64,000 nucleotides of DNA from a virus (Duplodnaviria; Caudoviricetes): positions 44,613 to 108,612 of IMG/VR virus record IMGVR_UViG_3300010998_000002; one strand, written 5' to 3'. The notes below the pieces were generated by a model that worked only from the letters and a program-made list of their open reading frames with translations, was not told the origin of the DNA and did not search any database. This document shows, one piece after another, positions 10,706 to 19,926 of this stretch (positions are counted from its first letter, which is position 1; each line of letters starts with the position of its first letter). Both the position numbers and the translations under genes were made by a program.

Positions 10706-10768
10706 AGGATAAGAAATGCAGATATACTGTCATAAAACTCCTTTCTAAATAGTATTTCTTATCCTTTT
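10706..10768 (+). ncRNA. putative small hairpin RNA or leader with an anti-RBS loop
   Basis: Stem AGGATAAGAAATGC / GTATTTCTTATCCT starts at the predicted TSS; loop contains GTCATAAAACTCCTTTCT; followed by a short T run. Confidence 0.45.
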
Positions 10769-10787
10769 AATGGGAGAATTTACATAA

Positions 10788-11375
10788 ATGATAACAGTTA
10801 TTTCAGGGCCGGTCAAAGCAGGAAAAAGTAAAAGATTAATTGAATATTATGAACAATTAAAAGATTATGGTGCTATGGTATTTTCATCAAAATTTTCATT
10901 AACTCATGGTGAAGATGTTGTATCACGATATGGCACAAGTGTTAAAGCCATTCCGATAAATAGTTTATTTGATATACCTAGTCATATACCATCAGATAAA
11001 AGTGTATTTCATATTTTGGTTGATGAATTTCAATTTTTACAAATGAGTACAGGTGAATTAAAAGCATTTTTTGATAAGTATTATTACTATTATGACTTTT
11101 ATTTATTCGGATTGAATAAAGATTATCGCCGTTATCCGTTTAAGTTAATGGGTAGTGCAATGGCTTTAGCCGATAATATTAAAATTATTGGTGGATATTG
11201 TGATATTTGTGGACAAGAGCCTAGTAAATATTCATTAAGATTAGAAAACGATAAACCGGCAGATATTGACAAAGAAGGTCAAGTTATCCTACTTGACGGA
11301 GAATATGAAGATGTTAAAATAGATTATAAAAGCATTTGTGATGATTGTTGGAGAAAGATTTATAGAAAAGGTTAA
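10788..11375 (+). CDS. tdk: thymidine kinase
   Basis: GPVKAGKS, VSRYG, ILVDEFQFL, GLNKDYRRYPF, CxxC...CxxC lasso. Confidence 0.93.
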   Translation: MITVISGPVKAGKSKRLIEYYEQLKDYGAMVFSSKFSLTHGEDVVSRYGTSVKAIPINSLFDIPSHIPSDKSVFHILVDEFQFLQMSTGELKAFFDKYYYYYDFYLFGLNKDYRRYPFKLMGSAMALADNIKIIGGYCDICGQEPSKYSLRLENDKPADIDKEGQVILLDGEYEDVKIDYKSICDDCWRKIYRKG

Positions 11376-11379
11376 TTAG

Positions 11380-13020
11380 ATGTTTTCACACGAACAAATT
11401 GTTGATTTCAAAAATAAAGTTAATAAACGAGAATTTTATAGACAATTTTTAGAATTAAGACAAAGCGGTAAATTGTTATGGGCAGTATGCCCATTTCATA
11501 ACGACCATAGTCCTAGTATGTCTATTGATGAAGATACAGGAATTTTTAGATGTTGGTCTTGTGGTGCGCATGGTGATATTTTAGATTTCTATCAAAGATT
11601 AACAGGCAAATCATTGTCCGAATCAATAATGGATATTGCTAAAAGTCAAAATATAAAAATTGAAATATCGGAAGAATTACGCAAAGAATTAGAGTTAAAA
11701 CGTGCATTATATTTGCTTAATGATAACATTGCAAATTTGTATCAACGAGCATTGGCGCAAAATAAAGAAGGGCAACAGTATTTAATCTCTCGTAATTTTT
11801 CACTTGATATAATCAAACAGTTTAGAATTGGTTATATTCCATCATTACCACTAAAGGATTTGGGCGAACAATTTATACCACTTCTTAAAACTGCGCAACT
11901 TGTTAATGTAAATGAAGATGGAAGTGTTTATAATTATTTTGGTACTCATAGAATTTCTATACCATTTTTTGATGAATACGGACATATTGTCGGATTTTCT
12001 TCAAGAACAACTGATAATCGTTATCAACCAAAATATTTACATTCACGAACAAGTAAACTGTTTCAAAAAAGTGAATTACTTTATGCTTATAATTTTGCAA
12101 AAGAAAAAATTAAAGAAACAAAATCAGTAATTATTACAGAAGGACAAATAGATTGTATTAGATGCCATCAATACGGCATAACAAATACTATTGCTACTTG
12201 TGGTTTGGCTTTATCAGACAAACAATTAAAATTATTAAAAACTTATGTTAAAAATTATTATATTATAGTTGAAGATAAAGCCGGTGAAAATATGGTTGAT
12301 AAATATTATGATGTTATATCAACAAGTAATTATTGGGCGAATATTAAAATTATTCGTTTATATGAAGGTGATGAAAAATGTGATGCTGATGAATTTTTAC
12401 AGAAATATGGTAAAGGTGCATTTTTAGATAAGATTAAACATGCTAAACCATACCATGAATATAAACTTATTGATTCATTAAAAAATATTAATTATAAAAC
12501 CATTGAAGAAAAAAAGTTTCATATTTATAATAATAGAAAATATATTGCTAAAATTACACATCCGGTAGATAAAAAACAGTATATTGAATTACTAGCAGAA
12601 AAATTAGAATTACCGGAAAATGATGTACGAAAGATTATTGCTAGGTCAGAATCTACCGATAATGATATTAAAATTGGAGATTATGATGATAGGCGCACAA
12701 CATCACAAAAATATATTTTAGCAACATTCTTTTCGGAATTTGGTGTGCAAACAGCATACGAAGTCATGCATAATAAATTAAAAATTTATAATAGACTTGA
12801 CAATAAATTCAGAAAAATATATAATAAAATAGTAGATGTCATTTTACTATACGGAGCAAATGCAGATATTATAAATGCAGTTCATAGTTTAGATATTATG
12901 ACACAAGAGGAATTATCTATACTAGATGATGCCTATTTTAAGAGAGATGAATTTAATTATCTTGAAGATGAAGAAGAATTAGCACTTTTTCTCAAAGACC
13001 AAATAGAAAATTTAAGGTAA
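11380..13020 (+). CDS. dnaG: DNA primase
   Basis: CHC2 zinc finger CPFHNDHSPS...CWSC, RISIPF, GFSSR, PKYLHS, TEGQID TOPRIM domain. Confidence 0.95.
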   Translation: MFSHEQIVDFKNKVNKREFYRQFLELRQSGKLLWAVCPFHNDHSPSMSIDEDTGIFRCWSCGAHGDILDFYQRLTGKSLSESIMDIAKSQNIKIEISEELRKELELKRALYLLNDNIANLYQRALAQNKEGQQYLISRNFSLDIIKQFRIGYIPSLPLKDLGEQFIPLLKTAQLVNVNEDGSVYNYFGTHRISIPFFDEYGHIVGFSSRTTDNRYQPKYLHSRTSKLFQKSELLYAYNFAKEKIKETKSVIITEGQIDCIRCHQYGITNTIATCGLALSDKQLKLLKTYVKNYYIIVEDKAGENMVDKYYDVISTSNYWANIKIIRLYEGDEKCDADEFLQKYGKGAFLDKIKHAKPYHEYKLIDSLKNINYKTIEEKKFHIYNNRKYIAKITHPVDKKQYIELLAEKLELPENDVRKIIARSESTDNDIKIGDYDDRRTTSQKYILATFFSEFGVQTAYEVMHNKLKIYNRLDNKFRKIYNKIVDVILLYGANADIINAVHSLDIMTQEELSILDDAYFKRDEFNYLEDEEELALFLKDQIENLR

Positions 13021-13032
13021 AAAAATCTACTC

Positions 13033-13061
13033 TTGACTTTTAAAATTAAATATGATAATAT
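13033..13061 (+). promoter_or_regulatory. promoter upstream of the large ncRNA candidate
   Basis: TTGACT-N17-TAATAT with TG extension. Confidence 0.7.
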
Positions 13062-13221
13062 AATAATGTTGAACGATGACAAGTAATTCAGAAGTAATTG
13101 TAAAATGTAGTGAAGCAACCATTCAAACTAACTGCAAGTAGATTTTGAGTACCTGTGGATTTGACGAAGGACTACCTCTTTAGGCATATAGAATGAACGA
13201 AGGTAATTAAGTAAACAATTT

Positions 13222-13234
13222 AGAACTTTGAAAA
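13222..13234 (+). promoter_or_regulatory. boxA-like antitermination motif
   Basis: AGAACTTTGAAAA resembles rRNA-operon boxA (cyanobacterial GAACCTTGAAAA) and abuts the 25-bp stem. Confidence 0.5.
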
Positions 13235-13707
13235 TCAAATATTATAATGAGAATCTGTGCGAGAATAATCCTTTCTAGGGATAATCGGATGCAAACAGAG
13301 TTTTGCAATAGACTTCATAGGCTTGTCAAAGCCGAATGTTTGTAGGTTATTTTGATGGAGATACCGTAACGCACACGTTGAATCGTAGAACGCTACTTTG
13401 AATTTATGGCTTATATGGCTGTATTGGATAAGAATGTCAGTATATTTGCTGGACTATCCTAGCGTATAGGATAGATTAGATTTTGAACGTGGTACGCTTG
13501 CATAAGGCAGTTTGTAGTAAATGGCTATATTACATTCAGATGATGTCATAGAATGTGAGCATATAGGTAATCACTCCTACCGGCACTTTAAGTATTTTCT
13601 TGACGAAGAAAATATGGCTGATGGCGGAATAACGGCAAATGGCTATATCATCAAGATTTGTGGGTAACAGATAACTCCCATTAGATTCTCATTATAATAT
13701 TTGATTT
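13232..13707 (+). ncRNA. large structured non-coding RNA candidate (ROOL/GOLLD-like size class; family not identified)
   Basis: No ORF; perfect 25-bp inverted repeat 13232-13256 / 13683-13707; internal hairpins at 13290-13307, 13320-13333, 13454-13474, 13593-13614; richer in G+C than its flanks. Confidence 0.75.
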
Positions 13708-13730
13708 GATAGTTTTTTGAGAGGGTTAAA

Positions 13731-14480
13731 GTGGAAGTAAAATTAATAAGTTATAATGATAATATCATAGATATTATTCATACGGCTTGTCGTACTTGTT
13801 ATTCAAAATTAACACCGATAGAAATCTATAATAAAGATACTTACGCTGGTGAAGAATTTGATATATCAATAGAACAAGTTAAAGAAGATAGAATAAAAAA
13901 AATTGAACTTATTAAAAAAGTTATGAATAGTGGGCATTTAAGCACTACAGAACATGCTTATTTTACTTTCGCTATTGCCGGAGTATCAAGAGCATTATTG
14001 GCTCAAATCACAAGACATAGGCTTTGTAGTTTTTCTGTTCAAAGTCAAAGATATGTAGAAATTAAAGAAAACCTAGAAGATTTAATTGTATTAAATACTT
14101 GCGGTACTAAATATCAAAAAATAGAATTATTATCAAAATATTTTGTATTTAAAGATGATAATGATTTATTTATTGATAGTTGCTTAAATGCTTTAATTCA
14201 ATATCTTCAATTAACAAAAGAAGGATATAAAGCCGAAGATGCAAGAAATGTTTTACCAAATGCAACAAAAACAAATATTGTTTTATCTTGCAATTTAAGA
14301 CAATTAATGCACATTTGTAATTTAAGATTATGTAAACATGCACAATTAGAAGTTAGAACTATGGTTGGTAAAATGAAAAATGAAGTTTTATCTAAACCGG
14401 AATGTGAATGGTTAAAGCCATATTTAGTTCCTAATTGTAAAAATTGTACTGATTTTAGAGATTGTAAGGAGATTAAGTAA
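13731..14480 (+). CDS. thyX: FAD-dependent thymidylate synthase
   Basis: GHLSTTEH, ThyX signature RHRLCSFSVQSQRY, EDARNVLP, HAQLEVR. Confidence 0.96.
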   Translation: MEVKLISYNDNIIDIIHTACRTCYSKLTPIEIYNKDTYAGEEFDISIEQVKEDRIKKIELIKKVMNSGHLSTTEHAYFTFAIAGVSRALLAQITRHRLCSFSVQSQRYVEIKENLEDLIVLNTCGTKYQKIELLSKYFVFKDDNDLFIDSCLNALIQYLQLTKEGYKAEDARNVLPNATKTNIVLSCNLRQLMHICNLRLCKHAQLEVRTMVGKMKNEVLSKPECEWLKPYLVPNCKNCTDFRDCKEIK

Positions 14481-14639
14481 ATGACGTGGTTAGCAATTTT
14501 AACAGCATTTTCACCAACATTAGCCTTTAAAGGTTTAACATTAACAACATTATGGAGTTGGTTCAACGTGCATCCATTTTGGGCATTTTTCACAATTGGA
14601 ATGTTATGCAAATCAACACATATCAATATAAATAAATAA
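14481..14639 (+). CDS. small hydrophobic protein (52 aa)
   Basis: AGGAG RBS, ATG at 14481, MTWLAILTAFSPTLAF...; below the ORF-track cutoff. Confidence 0.55.
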   Translation: MTWLAILTAFSPTLAFKGLTLTTLWSWFNVHPFWAFFTIGMLCKSTHININK

Positions 14640-14652
14640 GAAAGGATTAATA

Positions 14653-15609
14653 ATGTATTTTTTAAATCGTGGTGATACAGATACATATATTACAATTCAT
14701 AAAGAAGATGAGCAAAATTTTTATGATATTATCAATTCTGGAATTTTTACAAAAGAAAATAAATTTCGTCTTATTAAAGATAAAGCCGAAATTAAAAAAA
14801 TTCTTGAAGAAAGATATGCAAGCCGAAACAGAGGAGAAGATTATACTGCCGGTTTACCTTCTGCAACATTAATTTCTTCTTCATTATTTCCGTATAATTT
14901 AGATTCGCATGCACCACATAATCATGTTGCTTTATTAAGATGGAATAATGATATTGATGTTGCAGAAATGCAGGGGCAAAAAGTAACAAATAAACTTTCA
15001 ACCGATAGTGGTACTTTTATTCATGAAGTTTTAGAACTTGCATTAAAAGATAGGCAAACAAGAGTTTTTGACAAGTCTAAAGGTTTGCAGAAATATATTG
15101 ATATGGTTTGCCAGGATAAAAATATTATTAATCTTATAGAAAATTTTGAAGAAAGAAAACCATATTTTGTAGAAGTTGCAACTAATGTTTTATCAAAATT
15201 TTTTAAAGAAGAAGTGCCTTTAATAGACCCAATTTTTGATGAATTATTTTTAGTAAATAAAGGCATACAGGGTGCAATTGATTTAGTTAATTACAAAAAT
15301 GGACATTTGTATATTTCGGATTTTAAAACATCTAAAAAACCTATGTCTTATAATCAAGTTGCCGGTAAAGGCTATTTGCGACAATTATATATATATAGTA
15401 GAATGCTTTTAAATGCTAAAATTATTTCAAAAAAAGAATATGATAATTTGCATTTTCAAATTTATTTCTTTAATTGGAATAGTGGTAATTCTGCAATATA
15501 CGAATTTCCAAAATCGGAAGTTGATAAATCAAAAGGCTACTGCGAATTTATATTAAAATGGTATTATAAAATGCGAGATATGGATATTGATATTCATGAA
15601 GTAATATAG
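14653..15609 (+). CDS. PD-(D/E)XK exonuclease (RecB/Cas4-like fold)
   Basis: GTFIHEVLE, QGAIDLV, ISDFKTS, RQLYIY. Confidence 0.82.
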   Translation: MYFLNRGDTDTYITIHKEDEQNFYDIINSGIFTKENKFRLIKDKAEIKKILEERYASRNRGEDYTAGLPSATLISSSLFPYNLDSHAPHNHVALLRWNNDIDVAEMQGQKVTNKLSTDSGTFIHEVLELALKDRQTRVFDKSKGLQKYIDMVCQDKNIINLIENFEERKPYFVEVATNVLSKFFKEEVPLIDPIFDELFLVNKGIQGAIDLVNYKNGHLYISDFKTSKKPMSYNQVAGKGYLRQLYIYSRMLLNAKIISKKEYDNLHFQIYFFNWNSGNSAIYEFPKSEVDKSKGYCEFILKWYYKMRDMDIDIHEVI

Positions 15610-15622
15610 GAGAAAATTCAAA

Positions 15623-16088
15623 ATGAATGGAATTTTAGACAAAATTTTCGGAAGTAAAGAAGAAGCGCCAAGTATATCTGATGTTACAAAAAGAAATACA
15701 ATCGGATATTGAAAATCAAGTTTCAAATTTGGAAGTTGCAACAGTAGAAGGTTCAATTGTAACAGATGATATACCACCTTCAATAGTTCATACACCTGTC
15801 GTAGAAGGTGAAAATAATATTTCTGTTGAAACAACACCTGTTGTAATTCCAGAAGGTGTAATTCCACATATAATTGGTGTAGCACCTATTCATCATGATA
15901 TATGTGATGGAGCAATAGATTATGGCGAAGTAGTAAAGTTAGAGCAACCATTATCTGATTCTGATATTAAATTTGATAATTTTAAATATGAAATTAAAAC
16001 GGCTATTAATAATTTTCAAACATTAGATTTAGAATCTGTTAATTTTAAAAATACATTATTGGAGATTATTGATAAATATAATGGGTAA
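15623..16088 (+). CDS. hypothetical acidic protein, apparent +1 indel at A5 (15688-15692)
   Basis: RBS-led ATG 15623 reads MNGILDKIFGSKEEAPSISDVTK; removing one A joins it to EIQSDIENQ... of the 15681-16088 frame. Confidence 0.55.
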
Positions 16089-16683
16089 TATGAGTTGGGG
16101 TTTACCTTCCAATTTAACTAATTATAAAATAGAAAAAAATAGCGACTACTTAAAATTAATAGTCGCTAGTTATTTTCGTTTTAAACGTGGTTGTGATGTA
16201 GTATGTTCAGAATTTGAAATGTCGCCAAAAAATAGAGCAGATATTATTGCTACTAATAAAGGTATGCTAATAGAGGTTGAATGTAAAACGTCTAAATCAG
16301 ATTTAAAAAATGAATTTACCGCATCCACAAAGCAGTTAAAACATTTTTCTTTTTATAATTTTAAGAAAAAGTCTAAATATTATCCTGTGCCTAATTATTA
16401 TTATATAATGATAACTAAAGAAATGGCGCAAGATAATGAAGTTATTGGATTAATTCATCAACTTAATCCTAATTATGGAATTTTGGTTGAAGATGGTTGG
16501 AGATTTCCGCCAATTTCAAAATATCCTGCTAAAAAACTTCATGATAAAAATATATTGACCGGAAGTTTTATGAATAAAATTTATCAAAGATTATGTGCCG
16601 ATAATATTTCTTTAAGAAGAAAAAAATATTTTTCTGATTTAGAACAAAAAAATGATGTAGCATTATTAAAAACTACATCATAA
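16081..16683 (+). CDS. PD-(D/E)XK nuclease-like protein (MmcB-like)
   Basis: NRADII...IEVECKTSKSDL...PNYYY...NYGIL. Confidence 0.7.
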   Translation: MGNMSWGLPSNLTNYKIEKNSDYLKLIVASYFRFKRGCDVVCSEFEMSPKNRADIIATNKGMLIEVECKTSKSDLKNEFTASTKQLKHFSFYNFKKKSKYYPVPNYYYIMITKEMAQDNEVIGLIHQLNPNYGILVEDGWRFPPISKYPAKKLHDKNILTGSFMNKIYQRLCADNISLRRKKYFSDLEQKNDVALLKTTS

Positions 16684-16716
16684 AAATATTAGACTTAAAA
16701 ATTTTAGTTTTGAAAA

Positions 16717-16750
16717 GCCGTACTACGAGAGGGTTCGTAGTCGGTATTTT
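16717..16750 (+). terminator. intrinsic terminator ending the rightward operon
   Basis: CCG-T-ACTACGA / TCGTAGT-CGG hairpin followed by TATTTTT. Confidence 0.6.
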
Positions 16751-16815
16751 TATATCAATGCTCATTTTTGAAAGTTTAAGTATAAGGATATAACTTTATA
16801 CCTAAATAAAATAAA

Positions 16816-16839
16816 AACGCCAAATTTTTGTTTGGCGTT
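16816..16839 (-). terminator. intrinsic terminator ending the late operon
   Basis: AACGCCAAA / TTTGGCGTT hairpin with a T tract on the minus strand. Confidence 0.7.
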
Positions 16840-16866
16840 AATAATATTATTATAGAATTATGAAAA

Positions 16867-17235
16867 CTATTGATTTTTTTCTTTAACTTCTCTTATCATA
16901 TCATATATAATATCAATCTTTTCCATTCTAGGTAAAATTTGCGCTACAGTTTCTTCAACTTTAGCAATACGAAAATCATGCTTATCAGCCATTTCTTTTG
17001 TAAAAAATTTATCATCTACATCATGCATAATTTCGTTTTGCACCTTTCTAACTTTTTCACCCATATCACCAAATGATTTTGTAAAAGAAAGTTCTATATT
17101 ATGTATGCTTTCGGTAAATTGTTTTTCTAATTGAGTGCCGGCATCTTTTGAAGTAAAAAGATATTTACCGACAAAGCCAATGATTATACAGACGAGTATT
17201 ACTATTAGTGGATGTGCGAGCATTATTGATTCCAT
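16867..17235 (-). CDS. putative holin or lysis-associated membrane protein
   Basis: One N-terminal TM helix plus coiled coil; adjacent to the amidase. Confidence 0.5.
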   Translation of the reverse strand: MESIMLAHPLIVILVCIIIGFVGKYLFTSKDAGTQLEKQFTESIHNIELSFTKSFGDMGEKVRKVQNEIMHDVDDKFFTKEMADKHDFRIAKVEETVAQILPRMEKIDIIYDMIREVKEKNQ

Positions 17236-17288
17236 TTATTTTTCTCCATTTTCATATTCTACATAATACTATCTTATAATCATCAAAA

Positions 17289-17813
17289 TTAAATATATTT
17301 TAAATTATTTTTATTTTTAACTTTATTAACTATATACCATTTAACTTTATTTCTTATAAAGTTTCCGACATTTTCTTTGTTTGCTGTTTCTTTAGGATAT
17401 GATGGTATAAAGATTATATCCACTTTTCCGCTAGGTTTTTTTAACTTTCTATCTCTTTCGTAATGTGTTTGAACTTCATTTACGTTTATATTATATTTAA
17501 CACATAATTCAGCCAATACATAAAATGCTAATTCAATTTGTTGTGCCGTAATTGGATATGTAGGTGAAGTATTTGTTTTAAAATCATAATTTAGATTTGC
17601 ACAAATAGCAACTCCGATATTTCCTGTATTTGCTAAAGCACAATGCGGTGCATATTTTCCATCACCTGTATTATCATTATCTTCTGGTTTGTATATACCT
17701 TTTTTAACATACGCTTGTTTTGTTTTAGGATTATAAGCAATCATGTAATGATAATCATTAAAAAATTGTTCATATCTGCCTACCGTATGATGTAATGTTA
17801 TTCTATAGGGCAT
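17289..17813 (-). CDS. endolysin, N-acetylmuramoyl-L-alanine amidase (Amidase_2 type)
   Basis: ITLHHT, YHY, HCALANTGNIGVAIC, QTHYE zinc-amidase motifs. Confidence 0.8.
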   Translation of the reverse strand: MPYRITLHHTVGRYEQFFNDYHYMIAYNPKTKQAYVKKGIYKPEDNDNTGDGKYAPHCALANTGNIGVAICANLNYDFKTNTSPTYPITAQQIELAFYVLAELCVKYNINVNEVQTHYERDRKLKKPSGKVDIIFIPSYPKETANKENVGNFIRNKVKWYIVNKVKNKNNLKYI

Positions 17814-17823
17814 TATGTTCTCC

Positions 17824-18702
17824 TTATTTAATACGAACTACATAATATCCACTACCGTTAATCGGTCTGCATTCTGTAACTCCATTTTGATAAACACTAG
17901 ATGAACGAGAAGCATCAAATGCCAATGTTTCAAACCAACCTCTCGTACCATCACAACCATTACCGGCTTGTGCTTGACGATAAAAACAGCCTGTTGGATT
18001 TTTAGGTAATCCGGTTTCATTTTCTTGCGAATCAAAGAATGTGCCTGTGATATTTGGTGATGCACTACCTTGTATAGTACCAAATACACGACCCCTATCT
18101 CTATTCGTGCCACCATCCCAACCACGAATAAACATACCACGATAATCTGGTACGTTAAATGTAGTAGAGCCATTTCCAGCACCAAAGGCAGTTCCAACCA
18201 TTGCAAAATATCCTGCATAAGTAGTACGAGAAATAGCACGCCCATCACATGGTACTACGACAACATCTGCCGGAAGTGAAGGTATAGTTGGATAAGACAA
18301 ACATTTAACTTCTCCTAGCCACATACTACCATTAATTGCCTTATCAACATATTCTTTATTAACAGCATCCGTATTATTAGACGGTGTATAAGTTAATGTA
18401 ATTTTATTATTGCCCATATTAAGCAATCCTGTCATTACACCGCCTGCTTTAGATAATTTATCATTATATAATTCTTCAATATAATCAACTATCCATTTAA
18501 CAGTAGAATGAACTTGATACCAAAACATATTAAATTTATTTGCATCTGGTCTTGATGTTAAATCTGTTTCAGTTTCACCGTCATTATTATAACCATCAAG
18601 AATTTCACCGGTAGTCATAGCCGATTTTGAACTATTATTACTTGCAAATAATGTATCAAATGGTAATATATTATCGCCTGTCGGTTTTATAGGGTATGAC
18701 AT
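17824..18702 (-). CDS. tail fiber protein with tail collar domain
   Basis: CDGRAISRTTYAGYFAMVGTAFGAGNGSTTFNVPDYRGMFIRGWD collar signature; DAVNKEYVD repeat. Confidence 0.88.
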   Translation of the reverse strand: MSYPIKPTGDNILPFDTLFASNNSSKSAMTTGEILDGYNNDGETETDLTSRPDANKFNMFWYQVHSTVKWIVDYIEELYNDKLSKAGGVMTGLLNMGNNKITLTYTPSNNTDAVNKEYVDKAINGSMWLGEVKCLSYPTIPSLPADVVVVPCDGRAISRTTYAGYFAMVGTAFGAGNGSTTFNVPDYRGMFIRGWDGGTNRDRGRVFGTIQGSASPNITGTFFDSQENETGLPKNPTGCFYRQAQAGNGCDGTRGWFETLAFDASRSSSVYQNGVTECRPINGSGYYVVRIK

Positions 18703-19178
18703 TATTTTCCTTCCTGTTGTTTCTTCTCTTTATCCCATCCACAAAATTTTTGAAAATTATCAACTGCTAAAAACATAACTCTGCGTTTAATTTTATTAAC
18801 GCCTGCTACTCTTAATAACCTTTCAAAAATAATAGAACTTAAATATCTATCATATCCAATAAAATCATGATTTTCACATAATTTATCATGAATCATAGAC
18901 GGTATTCTAAATCTATTATCTGATGGACTTCCTATTAAATTCCATAAGCCAAAAGGAATATTAGCGCCATTCCAACGATAATGTTTCTCTACAGGAAATA
19001 TATAAGTTTTATCACCATATTTAACAGTAACTTCAATTTCGTGTAAAAGTAAATAAGGTTTTTTATTAATGTCTTTTATTTCTTCTGGCGTAGAATTTGG
19101 AGTTGCATTTAATGTTTCTGTTCTAGGCATACGACTAAATTGTATAGTAACTATTTCATCTGCATACCAAGTAATCAT
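18702..19178 (-). CDS. DUF1353-like protein
   Basis: NGANIPFGLWNLIGSP...PSMIHDKLC...MFLAV. Confidence 0.75.
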   Translation of the reverse strand: MITWYADEIVTIQFSRMPRTETLNATPNSTPEEIKDINKKPYLLLHEIEVTVKYGDKTYIFPVEKHYRWNGANIPFGLWNLIGSPSDNRFRIPSMIHDKLCENHDFIGYDRYLSSIIFERLLRVAGVNKIKRRVMFLAVDNFQKFCGWDKEKKQQEGK

Positions 19179-19214
19179 AACATTATCTCCTATTTATTAT
19201 TATAGTAATTATTA

Positions 19215-19433
19215 TTACTTATCTTCTTTTTTAAATATATCGTTTATAATATCAGTTGCTTTTTCTTTTATGATAGCAAAGATTTCTTCTTTCTTTTCTT
19301 CAAGAAATGAAACAACTGCTTCTTTAACTTTTTCTAAAATTTCATCTTTGTTTTCAAGTAATTTTGCTTTATAGTTTTCAATCTGTTTAGCAATTACTTT
19401 TTCTACGATTCTGTCCAAGAATTTCATACTCAT
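19215..19433 (-). CDS. hypothetical helical protein
   Basis: AGGAG RBS, 72 aa charged helical ORF. Confidence 0.6.
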   Translation of the reverse strand: MSMKFLDRIVEKVIAKQIENYKAKLLENKDEILEKVKEAVVSFLEEKKEEIFAIIKEKATDIINDIFKKEDK

Positions 19434-19558
19434 TTCTCCTTATTATGTTTTGATGGATTTTTGCCGATAGGAATGGTGATTTGGAATCTCCAACCACCAT
19501 GTATATCTGTCGGCATTATCCGAAAGTATTTAAACCAATTAATTATTTTATTTATCAT
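19430..19558 (-). CDS. small hypothetical protein (42 aa)
   Basis: ATGA overlaps at both ends; MINKIINWFKYFRIMPTDIHGGWRFQITIPIG. Confidence 0.5.
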   Translation of the reverse strand: MINKIINWFKYFRIMPTDIHGGWRFQITIPIGKNPSKHNKEK

Positions 19559-19923
19559 AATGCACCTAGTTTTGTTAAGGTTTGCAATATGCCTTCTATA
19601 TATTTATCACCGTTAAAATTCGGTAATTTTATACCCATAAATTGAGATAAATAACGAACTATATTTTCTTTAACGGCATATCTGCGAATATCATCACAAC
19701 CCCTCGCACAATTATTTTGTTTGGTTGCCAAGACAAAATTCTCCAAACAGGATTTACCACCCTGCGAGTGTGGTTTCAAATGTTCTAATGTAACATTTTT
19801 AGGCGTTAATTTATCACCATAAAAGCCATAAATAACTTTTGGGAATTTTCCTTTTTTATATAAAGTTTTTAATGGTGAATTATAACCAAATGAAATTGGG
19901 TTGGGGTTAGATTCTATTCTCAT
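19555..19923 (-). CDS. HNH endonuclease-like protein with a host-like N-terminus
   Basis: TLEHLKPHSQGGKSCLENFVLATKQNNCARG HNH motif; begins MRIESNPNPISFG. Confidence 0.75.
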   Translation of the reverse strand: MRIESNPNPISFGYNSPLKTLYKKGKFPKVIYGFYGDKLTPKNVTLEHLKPHSQGGKSCLENFVLATKQNNCARGCDDIRRYAVKENIVRYLSQFMGIKLPNFNGDKYIEGILQTLTKLGAL

Positions 19924-19926
19924 ATA

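Noticed and set aside
13076-13210. TAG read-through ORF suggesting stop-codon recoding
   Set aside because: Well-supported genes end normally in TAG (e.g. 14653-15609) and long genes are not fragmented by TAG.
13066-13707. tmRNA, tRNA or self-splicing intron
   Set aside because: No tRNA-like acceptor or T-arm ends and no CCA; dnaG and thyX are both complete, so nothing is interrupted. A covariance search is still needed.
14653-15609. Cas4 as part of a CRISPR system
   Set aside because: No cas1, cas2 or array, and no clear four-Cys Fe-S pattern; it is a generic phage PD-(D/E)XK exonuclease.
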